A stretch of 63,139 nt of DNA, filler included, from Octopus bimaculoides (Eukaryota), in assembly GCF_001194135.2 (NCBI RefSeq). It is 8 parts of 8 records of this genome, joined end to end, with 100 filler letters (N's around TTAATTAATTAA, not from the genome) between each part and the next. Parts side by side here need not be neighbours in the genome. Positions count along the whole stretch, not along the records: positions 1 to 29,125 come from NC_068989.1; positions 29,226 to 36,935 come from NC_068983.1; positions 37,036 to 39,497 come from NC_069003.1; 5 more parts are not named here. One strand, given 5' to 3'. The notes beneath the pieces were generated by a model. It had not been told where the DNA came from. It did not search any database and saw only the letters and a list, made by a program, of their open reading frames with translations. Each line of letters begins with the position of its first letter. The stretch's first letter is position 1. A program made the position numbers and the translations under genes. Positions 25,816-37,984 of the stretch are shown piece after piece.

Positions 25816-26689
25816 AATAATAATGTTAATTCTTTTTTTATTGACCACAAGGGCCATGAAGAATATTTAGGACAATACATTGGCAAAAGACTGGGGAATT
25901 ACAGGATATTTGGGCTAAATTTGATATTTTTTTTATATCCCCTTTTTTCAGGAACTGCTTGATGTATTGGTGAACAGTCAATGGTGTTGGAGAGCATAAA
26001 GATTAAAGTTGTAGTTGAGAAAAGTTAGCTGACATGGAGGACTGGAAGCTATCTAAATATTAGAAAAGAGTTACTTATATCATAATATTTGTGCTGGATA
26101 TCAAAATGCCAACATCATTTCTGCTACTCAATGCTCTGTGAACACTGTAAAGGCTGTAAAACTAGCCCTGAGGACCTTTGCTACCACTCATATAAGAGGC
26201 AAATTCTGACAGCCAAAGCCAAGGAGAATCACTTGATGAAGGCAAAAAAGCTCCTGATCAAGCTGTTGAGCCAGAGATGATCTAGTTCTTCCCAGATGGA
26301 AAAAAAACTACTGCCAGGACCATTTGCAACACACCCAGAACAGATGGTTTGCCTATAATCCATGCAATGTCACATGTATCATGCAAACCAAGTTCCTCCA
26401 AATTGTGATGACCTTTGGGTGTGTCTGCATTGAGGGTAACATCATGCCACCCCCATCTATGAACAGGGCCTTAGGCTCAATTCAGATGGCTATATGAAAC
26501 TGCTGGAGACCATAGAGGAATGCATGTGCCATGTTCTGGAGCTGTCTTTAGGTAGTGGTAGAAGCTGAGGACAGCTACTTTGAGTACCTCCCAGTCATAA
26601 TTTAGTTGAAATCTTTCAATTTAAAAAAAAAATACCCTTATTTTTTGATGGGATATTGTATTTTCTTTTCTTTTTATGCAAACTGTCAA

Positions 26690-27400
26690 ATTTTTGCTCA
26701 AACAACACCCTGTACATAGAAAACATATAAACAATAAAAAATCATAACAATTAACAGAATAATTTCCGCTAACAAATTCCCCAATAAGTGGAAAATGCCA
26801 CCCAGAGGCAGCCAAGGAATTCCACAGATCTCAAGCTACCCTGTCTACCAGGTATACCATGGCAAGTGCTTCTCTCTTCTACTTAGTCCTCACCCTTTGG
26901 GTGCTAGCTCAGAATAGGCCCACTCATTCAAGCTATCCTCGCCACATCCATCCACCTTTCAATGAATTTACTGGAGTAGAAGCACATTCCTCTCAACCCT
27001 TACCTTCCTTTTCAAATGTAATTTAAAGAAGTCGATGAAGTCTTGACCAAAGAGAAAATTGTCTGCCTTCAGTCCTTTCACTCTCATCCACCACACAACC
27101 TCTTTTGCTATAGCTATCAGACACAGAAAAATTGCCTGCCCTTTCCTATCAAAAGAAGGTGACAGGGCAGTCTTTTCAATGAAGTTGGCCAATAGTCAAA
27201 TCCATCCTACATTTGATTTCAGCTATTCAACATAACTCCACAGATTATCAATGCTCAAGCACTGTACAAGTGCATGCAGGACAGTGTCATTGCTCTGCAT
27301 TCCTCATAAGCAAGTGTGGCCTGATGCCACTATGCTAGAGTTTATCCCACACTGGCAATGCCTCCCAGAGTAGGGATTTTAGGAAATTATCAAAGGGCCC
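26690..27400 (-). mobile_element. L1/Tx1-clade LINE 3' fragment
   Basis: KGQAIFLCLIAIAKEVVWWMRVKGLK...FFKLHLKRKVRVER; homologous to 28010-28545. Confidence 0.7.
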
Positions 27401-27424
27401 TGACTTGAAAGTCTTCCACTATGC

Positions 27425-27970
27425 CAACAATTTTAGGGGTTGTCTATTACACTGACCCTAGTGCTCAACTGGGATTTATTCTATTGTCCCCAAAAAGATG
27501 AAAGGCAAATTCAAATTCGGCAACATTTGAACTCAGAACATAAAGCTGGAAGAAATGCTGCTAAGAATTTTGTCAGCTCACCACTTAAATAATAATAATA
27601 ATCCTTTCTACTAAAGGCACAAGGCCTTAAATTTGTGGGGAAGGGACTAGTCAATTACATCAACACCAGTGTTTCACTGGTACTTAATTTATCGACCCTG
27701 AAACGATGAAAGGCAAAGTCAACCTCAGCAGAATATAATACTAATACTAATAATAAGGGTTTCAAATTTTGCCACAAGGACAGCAATTTGGGGGGAGGGG
27801 ATAATTCGATTATATCGACCCCAGTGTTTCACTGATATTTAATTTATTGGCCCCAAAAGAATAAAAGGCAAAGTCGACCTCGGCAAAATTTGAACTCAGA
27901 ACACTATGGCAGACAAAATACAGCTAAGCATTTTGCTTGTCATGCTGACAATTCTGCCAGCTCGCTGCCT
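27425..27970 (-). mobile_element. Three tandem SINE family A copies
   Basis: Copies at ~27425-27590, 27600-27725 and 27755-27970, separated by AAT repeats. Confidence 0.75.
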
Positions 27971-28009
27971 TAATAATAATAATAATGTAATAATAATAAT
28001 AATGATGAT

Positions 28010-28545
28010 GATTTCTTTGTTAACCACAAAGGTTTACATTAAGAAAGACATTCTGGAGAGTACAGAACAAAACAAAGAATGTGTTGTGAGGGTTTTGCAT
28101 GTAAACAAGACTAACAAAATTTTAACAAATCAACAATGTGTGATCCTCAATATGGAGGAGACGTTCAGGGACTGCTCATGGAAAAACCCCATAAAAAACA
28201 ATGGGTACTCTGACTTTTGGGGCAGGTGCCTTTTTTCCTTTCCTTTTTCCCAACTACAGGTGTATGCTCAGGGCAAGTCTGTTTACTTGCTCCATTCTTG
28301 CCACTTTCATCCACCTTTCAGCAAACTGGCTAGAAGAAAACACTTCCCTCTCTACTCTCATTTTCCTTTTCAAGTGAAACTTGAAGTTGATCAGGGATTT
28401 GCCATAAAGAAAAGCATTTGTCTTCAGCCCTTTCAATCTTGTCCACCAGACAATCTCTTTTGTCATGGCCACCAGGCATATAAACACAGCCTCTCCATCC
28501 CAGTTAAAAGGTGGTGGGACAATCTTCACGAGGAATTCAGTTGAC
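28010..28545 (-). mobile_element. L1/Tx1-clade LINE 3' fragment (second copy)
   Basis: IVPPPFNWDGEAVFICLVAMTKEIVWWTRLKGLK...FHLKRKMRVERE...RWMKVARM. Confidence 0.7.
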
Positions 28546-28645
28546 ATAATAATAATAATTATAAATAATACTAACCGAAGGCATGCAGAGCTGTGCTCGG
28601 TAGTGCAGTGAAAGCACATGATAAAAATAAGGCTACTAAATGATG

Positions 28646-28693
<48 letters not shown>

Positions 28694-28724
28694 ATAATAA
28701 TAATAATAATAATGATGATGATAA

Positions 28725-28938
28725 TAATGGTTTCAAATTTAGGCACAAGGCCAGCAAATTCAGGGGAGGAAATAAGTCGATTACATTGACCCCAGTGTTC
28801 AACTGGTACTTATTTTATCAACCTCAAAAGGATGAAAGGCCAAGTTGACCCCAAAGAACTCAGAATGTAAAGACAGCTGAAGGTAAATGCCACAAAGCAT
28901 TTTGCTTAGCGTGCATACGATTCTGTCTGCTCGCAGCC

Positions 28939-28940
<2 letters not shown>
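28725..28940 (-). mobile_element. SINE family A copy between poly-A/(AAT)n tracts
   Basis: Reverse-complement family A sequence. Confidence 0.75.
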
Positions 28941-29009
<69 letters not shown>

Positions 29010-29125
29010 CGCCCCATAACCTGCTTAACAACAATGTATAAGACGCTAACATCTGTCCTAACCGAGTACACCTATAGTTTTTTAATAGAAAGTAGCATAT
29101 TCCCTAATGAGCAAAAGGGATGTAA

Positions 29126-29225
29126 NNNNNNNNNNNNNNNNNNNNNNNNNNNNNNNNNNNNNNNNNNNNTTAATTAATTAANNNNNNNNNNNNNNNNNNN
29201 NNNNNNNNNNNNNNNNNNNNNNNNN
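29126..29225. other. Artificial join spacer 1
   Basis: N44 + TTAATTAATTAA (29170-29181, stops in all six frames) + N44. Confidence 0.95.
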
Positions 29226-29504
29226 AATGTATTTGAACGTTCTCCAGTTTCTGACTCATCTCCTGTGTCATATCGTGAAGAAAAACTGTGTTCTCAATCT
29301 AGACTCATAAGAGAAGACCCTTCTAAACCACTAAATCGAACAATAACAACTCGGTCAATTGACAACAATGAGATTTGTGGTAGCAATGAAGATGTTTATC
29401 CTGTAGGACTTTTTACAGTAGGAGGGGACAGATTACCATTATCATCAACACAAGTTACCAATGTCAAAAATATAGGTTTATATAAAACAGATGGTCTTAC
29501 TTGA
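29226..29504 (+). CDS. Possible terminal coding exon of an unidentified gene (open from the start of the piece)
   Basis: Stop-free frame NVFERSPVSDSSPVSYREEK...YKTDGLT* from the first base after the spacer; no recognisable family. Confidence 0.3.
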   Translation, partial: NVFERSPVSDSSPVSYREEKLCSQSRLIREDPSKPLNRTITTRSIDNNEICGSNEDVYPVGLFTVGGDRLPLSSTQVTNVKNIGLYKTDGLT

Positions 29505-30199
29505 TATCAGAAATAGTTAATTTTCAGTTTACACACACATACACACTGATAAACTGAGCTGTAATTTTGTTATAAAATAATGTTTGAAATACCAGCTTTG
29601 TTTTATTTTCTAATGAAAAATACAGTAGAGTTTTCTGTCTTGTGAGAATTTGTTGATAAATTTTTCTTTCAGTTTTGTCTACATAAACTTGTTTTCTGTT
29701 CACTACTGCTGCTAGATGTACCCTGTTGCTTTACTCATTTATTACTTACGAGGGGTTGGGTGATTTATCAATAACAGTGGTGGTAGCAGTGCTGCTGCCT
29801 TGAAGTCGCCAAACAACGATGAGATATAAGCCCTATAGAATTGGAATCCTTCTGCTACCTTCAAGGCTTCTCCATTGCTGTTACTCATGACTGTATCATT
29901 GGTGTTTGAAGTTCAGATCATTGGTTTTCTTTAAGAATAGTTCTACTTCTATAATATTCTGTATCAACTGCAAGCAGGATTTTGCAAGCTTTTTCAGCAG
30001 TATTTAAGACAAGTGAGATGTTGACCCAACCTAGATTAATAACTAATATCTGGCATACAATGAATTCCATTTCTTGACTGCAGTGTGATGTTAGTGCTTC
30101 ACTACATAATTATCAATAATATGTTTGAGTTATAGTAATAGAGAGGGAGGGAGGATGACTGACTCCCTGCTGCCCACCGGTGAAGTTGTTGAAGACATT

Positions 30200-30800
30200 C
30201 ATTTGACTGTCAGGCAAGTTGATCTCCACTCATGCCTGCATATATAACTTGCTGATTGCTTGCGCTAGCTTCTCAGGATTGTCATATTTTTTCAGAATGC
30301 AGACAAGTTCTCAATGAGCTGTAAAAAATACTTTCTTAACACCAATGAAACTCCTGATTATTGGAAGCTTTCTGTTCCTCACTTTACTGATCCTGCTTAG
30401 AACCAAGTTATGTTTATGGCTGTCTGTTTCTCTTGAAATTTGTTCTGTTGAAACCTCTGTAGAGGTTTTAGCAGGCTGAAAATGGTAGGCATATATCCTG
30501 TTACAGTTTTTGGTAAGAACAGAATTGAAATAGATCTCTTTCTGCTTATTAGGTAACTTTATACAATGCTGTCAAGTAAAACATAGTCCACTACTCCTGG
30601 AACTACTCCATCTTTACCACAGCTCTCACCAATCTTCAAGAATGTCTATACTTTCACATATTCTTCCTCTGTGAATGGACAATCATTGAAAGGAATAGCT
30701 TGAAAAAGTTGGTCAATTTCTTCATCTTTGTGAAGGATAGTTGTAAGATTATTGGGGAGATCCTTTATTTAAGGATTTTTAAAGCATATTTTAAACTAGC
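30200..30800 (-). mobile_element. Decayed LINE RT N-terminal fragment (RTE-X-like)
   Basis: Minus strand DEEIDQLFQAIPFNDCPFTEEEYVKV...GESCGKDGVVP; heavily mutated. Confidence 0.5.
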
Positions 30801-30929
30801 CTCATGGGCTCTTTTCTGTAAATTTTTGACCTTACTAGAATGATGAGCCAAACAAAATAATACCACAGTTTATCATCATCCTCATCATCGTCGTTTAATG
30901 TCCGCTTTCCATGCTAGTATGGGTTGGAC

Positions 30930-31130
30930 GATTTTCCTAGTTAACCTTCTTTTGATATTGCTGCACCTCTTATGTGTCCATAGCTTGCATCGGGTGCATC
31001 TTCTACCTACGCCTTTTCTACAGATCGAGCAGGGCCATCTACCTGAAGGGGTTTGTGTTTTTTCTACCTTCCTACTTATTCGGACTTTGGTTTTAGCTAG
31101 GTTTACTCTAAGGCCCTTTGACATCTGAGA
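30930..31130 (-). mobile_element. RTE LINE fragment with zinc-finger (PHD-like) insertion
   Basis: KGLRVNLAKTKV...SGRWPCSICRKGVG..CTRCKLWTHKRCSNIK. Confidence 0.8.
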
Positions 31131-31974
31131 GTTTAATATACTCAACAAATTAATGTTGTATCATTAGCCCCTGTGAACATTTGGTTGTCTGGATGTAAGG
31201 ATGAGGGAAATAGCAGGTATATTTTCCTCACACCGAAATGTAATCCATCTAATGTAAACAAATTCCTCTTTCATTTTGCCATCTTCTAAAAACAGATTTC
31301 CATCTGGTCGAGAGGCAGATGCCTTCAAAATTTAGATTCCAGATCGAGTTTAAATTTCTGATTTTCTTCTACAATTTTTCGTTGATGAAAACATCTCATT
31401 TTTAATGAAATGAAATGGGCATTCTTCGTTGAAATGTCTAATTGGAATAGAACCGAGGGAACATCAGTGGAAAGAAAAGCTTTCATCGGAATTTTCATCA
31501 TGTCTCAAAATTCTTTTACATTCCAAATTCTATATTGGCTGCAACTTGCCCAATATCTTTTATAAGATTTTGCTGGCAAATTCTTAAAGTTAACATACGA
31601 TCGACAGCATGTTAGTATTAATTTACTGAAGGAAAAAGGGTAAGCTTACATATTTTTCATCTTGTAAATGCAGCTAAACACAGGGTTTACACATCTGATA
31701 TCCTCTTTTCATTTTCTTCATCGTCTATGCTTATAGAAATAAATTTCCTTTTTATCAACCTTTTAGATGTATTTCCCCTCTCAGATTCAGTCACTTATTG
31801 CATTGGTCCTTCAGTTACTCTAAGCCCTGAAAGAAGAGCTCAGAAAGTTGAGCCCCCAACCAGTTGAAAATAAAAGTGTTTGGAATAAACAGAACCCTTC
31901 CCTTTTTTGGTTTATTCAAAATATGAACATGATTATATTTTACAAAACAAAAGAAAAAAAACAAAACATCGAGG

Positions 31975-34350
31975 ATGGTGCCTACCAATAGACCGATAAA
32001 CCTCAAGCATGCAGCCAATGACAAATTCAGTGAATTTTACATAAAAGAGGCTGTCCATCTCTCTTCTCTATCCTCCCTCGCTCTGTGTGACTCTGAGTCT
32101 CTTAGACGTCTGAAAGAGAAGCACCCACCAGCACCCGCTGATAATCAACTAAACTGGCCCGATCCTCCAGAATACTTGAGACTGGTCTTCGTCTCTGATA
32201 ACATCAGAAAGGCGATTTCATCCTTCCCTACTGGTTCAGGTGCGAGAGTTGATGGCCTTCGGCCTCAACATTTCAGGGATGATATCTCCTTATCAGCTGG
32301 TGACGCCGGACTTGAGCTCTTGGAGAATTTGACTCAGTTTGTGAACCAGTTCTCTTCAGCGAACGTCCTTTTTTATATCTGCCTACTATTCTATGGTGCA
32401 AAATTATTCAGGCTCACTAAACCCAGTGGATACCTGCGCCCCATTGCAGTCGGCTGCAGCCTTCGCCATCTAAATGCAAAGGCATGTTTACAATCGATCT
32501 CTAAGCTTATTGGAGGAGGAATTTTCTCCCACCCAGCTAGGAGTGGGCACCAAATTGGGATGTGAAGCTGCTGCTCATGCTATCAGAGCCTATGCCAACT
32601 TGCCCTCCTTGTCACCCAAGGTCATCTCCATCCTTCGCGATGCTGTCCTCAGCTCAGTAAGAGAGAAGGTCCCACAACACTACTGCCTTGCATGGAAGAT
32701 TTATTGGGAGCCCTCCTATCTCTCTTTCAGTGACCAAATCATCACCTCCGCTTCAGGAGTCCAACAGAGTGACCCACTTGGGCCTGCTCTGTTAGCACTG
32801 GGCATTGATGACATCACCAAGATGGGGGTCGAGCTAGACCTTAATGTCTGGTATCTTGACGATGCTTGTTTGTGGGGACCTCCGGACAGGGTTCTCACCA
32901 TTGCAGATATGATAGTTAGGGAGCTTGGTCGCCAGGGTTTCCAAGTAAACAGCTCCAAATGTTGGCTCTGGATCCTCAGCCACCTGGCTTCTCACCATCA
33001 ACCAACTATTGAATTTTTGCAGACTTCTTCCCTTCCATTGCAGTCCCTCCTCCATTGGCTTGTGGCTCCCTAGGAGTCCCAATCACTGAGTTTGCCTTTG
33101 AGTCCATCTTCCTGTCGATGGTGGCTGTCCTTGAACAATTGCTGAAAAATATTGAAGTTATCGAATCCCATCAAGGTTTTTTCATACTTAGGAATTACTT
33201 CTTAATCCCTAAAGTTCTATATTTAATCAGAGTCAGCTCATCTTACTGATTCCCATTGTGCTTCCAACGCTTTGACAACCTAATCTTTGAGAGACTCGAA
33301 TGCTTAGTCAATGTCAAACTTTCTCCAACATCACACGATCAGGCTGCATTTGGAGGTCTCGGTCTTCATCCCTCTCTCTTCCCTGCTTCCTTTCCTCCAC
33401 TCATGCCTGCTCCACCCTGGTGAGCAAAATCCCGTCCTCTCCAACATGGACCAGTTCCAACAGGGAATTGGATGAAGTTCTCCAGCACTGGAGGGAATTG
33501 GGCTTGTCTGCTCTTGAGAAGGTGGAGGTGACTGGATTGATGCCATCCATGTGGTTAATGTTGGTGGCCTACTCAGCTTGGACGAACTTCGTGTCTCCAT
33601 TGTCCTCAAAGTGAGAGCTGATGTATGCATGGGTTTGATCTGTTGTGGCAGTCTCCTTGATTCTGTAGGCCTTCATGGCCTTTCTTGCTGCCTGAATGCT
33701 GGTTGCTTCGCGTGTCATATGGAGTTGAACCTGATACTCAAGCGGAGCTTGGCCCGGGCAAACATCCCCTCCATCTTGGAACCATCTGGATTGTCCAGAT
33801 GTGATGGGAATAAATCTGATGGTCTCACTCTGTGCCCTTGGTCGCAAGGTAGATGCCTTGTCTGGGATGTCACAGTTAACGACTCCTTTGCTTCTCACAT
33901 CCTGGATGCTGTAGTCAGGGCGAGATCCACAGCCTCTGTGGCTGAGCAGAACAAAATCCTGAAATACCACAATCTGTCAGCCAACTACATTTTCCATCCT
34001 GTGGTGTTTAGGACTTTTGTTGGGGTCAGACCACTAACTGTGAGATTTCTTTCTTCACTGGCAACTTGCCTTGCAGGGGTAACTGGTGAGGTTTGTGAGG
34101 GCGCTTGACTGTTCCAATGCATCAGCCTTGCCATCACCCGCGGCAACACTGCAAGCGTGCCTCAATATCCATTAAAGAGGTTTCCCAACGCTCCCAACTT
34201 TTCAATCCAAGGGGGTGAATTGTTTAGGTTCTTTTCTTTTTTCCTTTCTCTCTGTTTTTCTCCCAAATTTTTTTCAGTTGTGTTCTCTGTTTTGTCCAAT
34301 TTTCTAATTTAATTCTGTAAAACAGTAAACATTATGAAGGCAATAAAAGT
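31975..34350 (+). mobile_element. CRE-clade non-LTR retrotransposon (RT plus restriction-like endonuclease), 5'-truncated and decayed
   Basis: Across frames: LKEKHPPAP, VDGLRPQH, YGAKLFRLTKPSGYLRPIAVG, QLGVG, GVQQSDPLGPALL, WYLDDA, LGVPI, HGLSC, EPSGL..DG...DGLTL.PWSQGRCLVWDVTV, KY; AATAAA near 34342; several frameshifts and stops. Confidence 0.85.
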
Positions 34351-34752
34351 TTATTACTTAGAACTACATTAAACAGAGTTATATATTTTTTAACACGGTA
34401 GCATTTCTAATAGGTCAAATAACCATGTAGAGGTTTTTTCATTGATTAGCGCATGATTTTGCCTTCAGTTAATATTACTTTTGCTAAAGTAGCCAGCATC
34501 TTCCGATAAAAAGCAAACATCTTTATATTTAAAAGAAGAAAATATTCGATATTGAAACTAAATCAATGGGACATGAGCTGTACAGTGCCATGTGTTTAAT
34601 GTAAATATGAAAGAGTAGTTGTAATTGAATTATTGGAAACAGTGGATGTTCACCGGAAAGATCACTATTTATTTGTGTAGGATACCACGTGACAACCCAC
34701 GTGCTCAACAATTTCCAACGAAACCATCGAAATATCGAACGCATATGCTTTG

Positions 34753-35223
34753 ATGCGCACGCATAAAGAGAAAGTAAACTCGAAACTTACATTCGAAATG
34801 TTAACGGATGTGTCAAAAATATTCGGAGATGTTTTCGTTCAGACCGCTTTTGACTCATTTGAATCATTCTCGGAGCTATTGCACCAATTCATGAACAGAA
34901 CTGGATACATATACCGTATTAAATCATCGTGTAATGCTAATGACCACAACAAGTACCGAGACAAGACTCGATCTCAGGCTCTCCGATACGTCTCAGTGAC
35001 GTTTGTGTGTACTCAATATGGAAAACCAAAAGATAATTCAAATACAAACCGACTTAAGATGCATTGCAAGCCAGTCGGATGTAAGTCTTTCCTCTCGCTA
35101 TCCAGTGCTAAAGGATTACTGAGGATAACCAAATCCAACTTAGAACACAATCACAAACCGTTGGTGGGATTTTCACGCTCCAAAATTCGACGATGTAAAT
35201 TGTCGAAAGAAGAAATTGAAGAG
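34753..35223 (+). CDS. Putative first coding exon, ZSWIM3-N/FAR1-like (MULE-derived) DNA-binding domain
   Basis: Uninterrupted 157-codon ATG-initiated frame ending GAG|gtgagt; pattern F-x-SFE-x-F...YVSVTFVC...GC...L-x-I...HNH typical of ZSWIM3-N/FAR1/WRKY-GCM1-type domains; CpG-richer flanks. Confidence 0.6.
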
Positions 35224-36575
35224 GTGAGTATATGTTAGTCTTGTTTTGATTGAAGTAGAGTGCTAAAATAATCCTTGGAATATTTACTTTCATAATTTTA
35301 TGTACTTATTCAAATCGCGCTAAATTTGACTATTTTTTAGTCTTCGGACGACTTCGAAATAAAATGTAACCTTAATATATTAATATTGATTCTGCCGAAC
35401 TTTTAAAAAGAATCACTTTGTGTTTACGTAAGAAATGGTTATTATTGTCTTCACTGTTATTCATTAATTGTCTTCATATAAGTTTTGTCACTGATGCTCC
35501 GTTAATTAGTTGCAACGTCACTCTATCCTGTTTCCTCATTAATAATGTTCGACTTCATGTTCCTGTTATACTCCTTCGTTATATCGCTTCTTGACCGACG
35601 TTGGACGAATTATAAATTATATGCGGATACACGAACATTAATAAGCTTCTTAGTACAAAGGAAACTTAGTGAACCAAGTATTTGTTTTTGAGCAAACATA
35701 TGCGGCTCGGTGTAATGTAAGAGCATCTGGAACACATAAATGGGCTATCTTTCGATTTCAAAGATAGCCCATAAATGTTGTTTCATTCGTTCTTCATTTG
35801 CTTTTGAAAAAATGTCATTTTCGTGTTTATTAATGTGTAGGATCTCTTGGTTGCACTTATGATCGAATAGTTTATGAAGTTGGTTTTGTAACGACTTTCA
35901 AAACGAGCTTCATTCCACTTCGCTCTGCATGTTCATTTGGAGCAGGTGTTCCGCAAAACGGGTCGAGCCAAGTATTTAGGTCCAGTAGATAGACCGAAGA
36001 TATATGGAAACCTTTTGACTAATTAACACACATATTTAGATAGTAACCAGGCTTACATGAACCTCACAAGGCACATTTTAAACTCGTCTAATGGAGACAT
36101 GTACCCTAGCATACTGTACAGCTATTTAGGGTGACGGACTGGTAGAACAGTTGGCGAAGGTAAAGGATACACACACCAAATATTTTCGGTCAATATAAAG
36201 ATCTTGGGTGCTTTCAGCAGTCTACTCTGTTGCGCAAGTATTAGACTTGGCTTTACATTTGCAGTGCCTCTGAGCACTATATAAATAAGCTTATTCCGCC
36301 GAGATCGGTTTTGCCGCTCACCCTTTCGGGGTCGATAAGACAAGTACCTGTCAAGCACGGGGTCGATGTAATCGACTAGCATTTTTCCTCCAGAAATTTC
36401 AGGCCTTGTACTTTTAGTAGAAAGAATTATTATTATATATTCTGTCTTCCCTCCCACCAACTTGAGCACTTTCTTTCCCGCGGAGGCAAAGACAATGGAC
36501 CGCACCCACTTTGGGATATTTTTTTACAGGAACCCAATCGAGTGCGGAGATTCCGTATCTGCAAAAAAATCTGCA

Positions 36576-36935
36576 TTTCAAAATTTTAATTCCACCCCCA
36601 CCCCCAATTTCTTAAATTTTCACTTCCGAAAAAAGAAAAATTTTGTAAAATTCAATTAAAAAAAAAATGAATGAACTCCGGCCTATGACAAGAAGTGAAA
36701 TTAAAGTGTTATCTCTACTAATGTTTCACGCATGCATAGAATTATAAAATAGTAGACCCAAAAAGTATCTTAACAGAAAACCTGACATGCTAGAAACACG
36801 TTTTCAAAATTTTAATTCCACCCCCACCCCCAATTTCTTAAATTTTCACTTCCGAAAAAAGAAAAATTTTGTAAAATTCAATTAAAAAAAAAATGAATGA
36901 ACTCCGGCCTATGACAAGAAGTGAAATTAAAGTGT
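36576..36935. repeat. Exact 134-bp direct duplication (period 226) at the end of a piece
   Basis: 36576-36709 is identical to 36802-36935. Confidence 0.85.
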
Positions 36936-37035
36936 NNNNNNNNNNNNNNNNNNNNNNNNNNNNNNNNNNNNNNNNNNNNTTAATTAATTAANNNNNNNNN
37001 NNNNNNNNNNNNNNNNNNNNNNNNNNNNNNNNNNN
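36936..37035. other. Artificial join spacer 2
   Basis: N44 + TTAATTAATTAA (36980-36991) + N44. Confidence 0.95.
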
Positions 37036-37229
37036 ATCTTTATTCTTCCACAGAATATTTTTGAAACAATAAATAAATAACATAAATAAATGAAAATGAA
37101 ATAAAATAAGATGAAATGACAAAAAATAAATTAATTGAAATTTCAATATTTCAACCATTAGCAATTCACAGATGATCTGTCTGTTTGGCTCTTTTTCTCT
37201 TTGTGCCTGCTTCTCTCTCTTCTTCTCTT

Positions 37230-37262
<33 letters not shown>

Positions 37263-37685
37263 CTCTCTTTCAGTCTCTCTGTCTATATAGTGGAGTGGAT
37301 AGACAATATTATTGGCATTTTGGATGGATCAATGCCTTGTGGTATTTAAATTAAAGTCCTTTCTGTTGTTTTATATTCTGAGTTCTCAAATCCCCTAGAA
37401 ATAAATTTTACCCCTATCTTTCTGGGGGTTGTCAAAATAAAGTACCAAATATTTCAACACCAGGAGAGATTTAATGTTATCATAAAGCACCTGAAGGTAA
37501 TGATATATGAATAGGCACAGGTATAGTTGTGTGATAAGAAGTTGGCTTCTGAACCACATTGTTCTGGGTTCAGTCCCATTATGTGGCACCTTGGGCAAAT
37601 GTCTTGGGCTAACCAAAGCCTTGCAAGTGGATATGGTAAATGGTAAATTTAAAGAAGCCCATAATATATATATATAAATGTATAA

Positions 37686-37984
37686 AGTGGAGGCATATGG
37701 TTTAGTGGTTAGAGCAGCAGACTCGCAGTCAAGGAATTGCGGGTTTGAGTCTTGGGCTGGGCAATGTATGTGTTTATGAGTGTAACACCTAAACTCTATG
37801 CGGCTCGAGCAGAAGGTAATGGTGAACTTCTGCTCACTCTTTTGCCACAACTTTCTCTCGCTTTTTCCTCCTGCTTCTAGCAGCTCACCTGCAATGGACT
37901 GGCATCCCGTCCAGGTGGGGAAGCTATACACCAATGAGACCGGAAACTGGCCCTTTTGAGCCAGGCATGGCTCAAGAAGGAACA

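Noticed and set aside
24130-26580. Faint LINE-like remnants on the minus strand (LWNSLP near 24200; possible L1 endonuclease near 24800-25400 and 26280-26580)
   Set aside because: Too degraded to delimit or classify by eye
23143-29125. Search for the next FGGY exon (HVWPDFHGNRSP), including the acceptor-like site at 25950
   Set aside because: The candidate hits an in-frame stop after six codons and has no FGGY similarity; the exon probably lies beyond this piece
31160-31830. Purine-rich minus-strand stretch that looks like decayed coding sequence
   Set aside because: Many stops and no recognisable motif; cannot be assigned
37686-37760. tRNA-like sequences (also the heads of SINE families A and B)
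   Set aside because: No complete cloverleaf; they continue into SINE bodies
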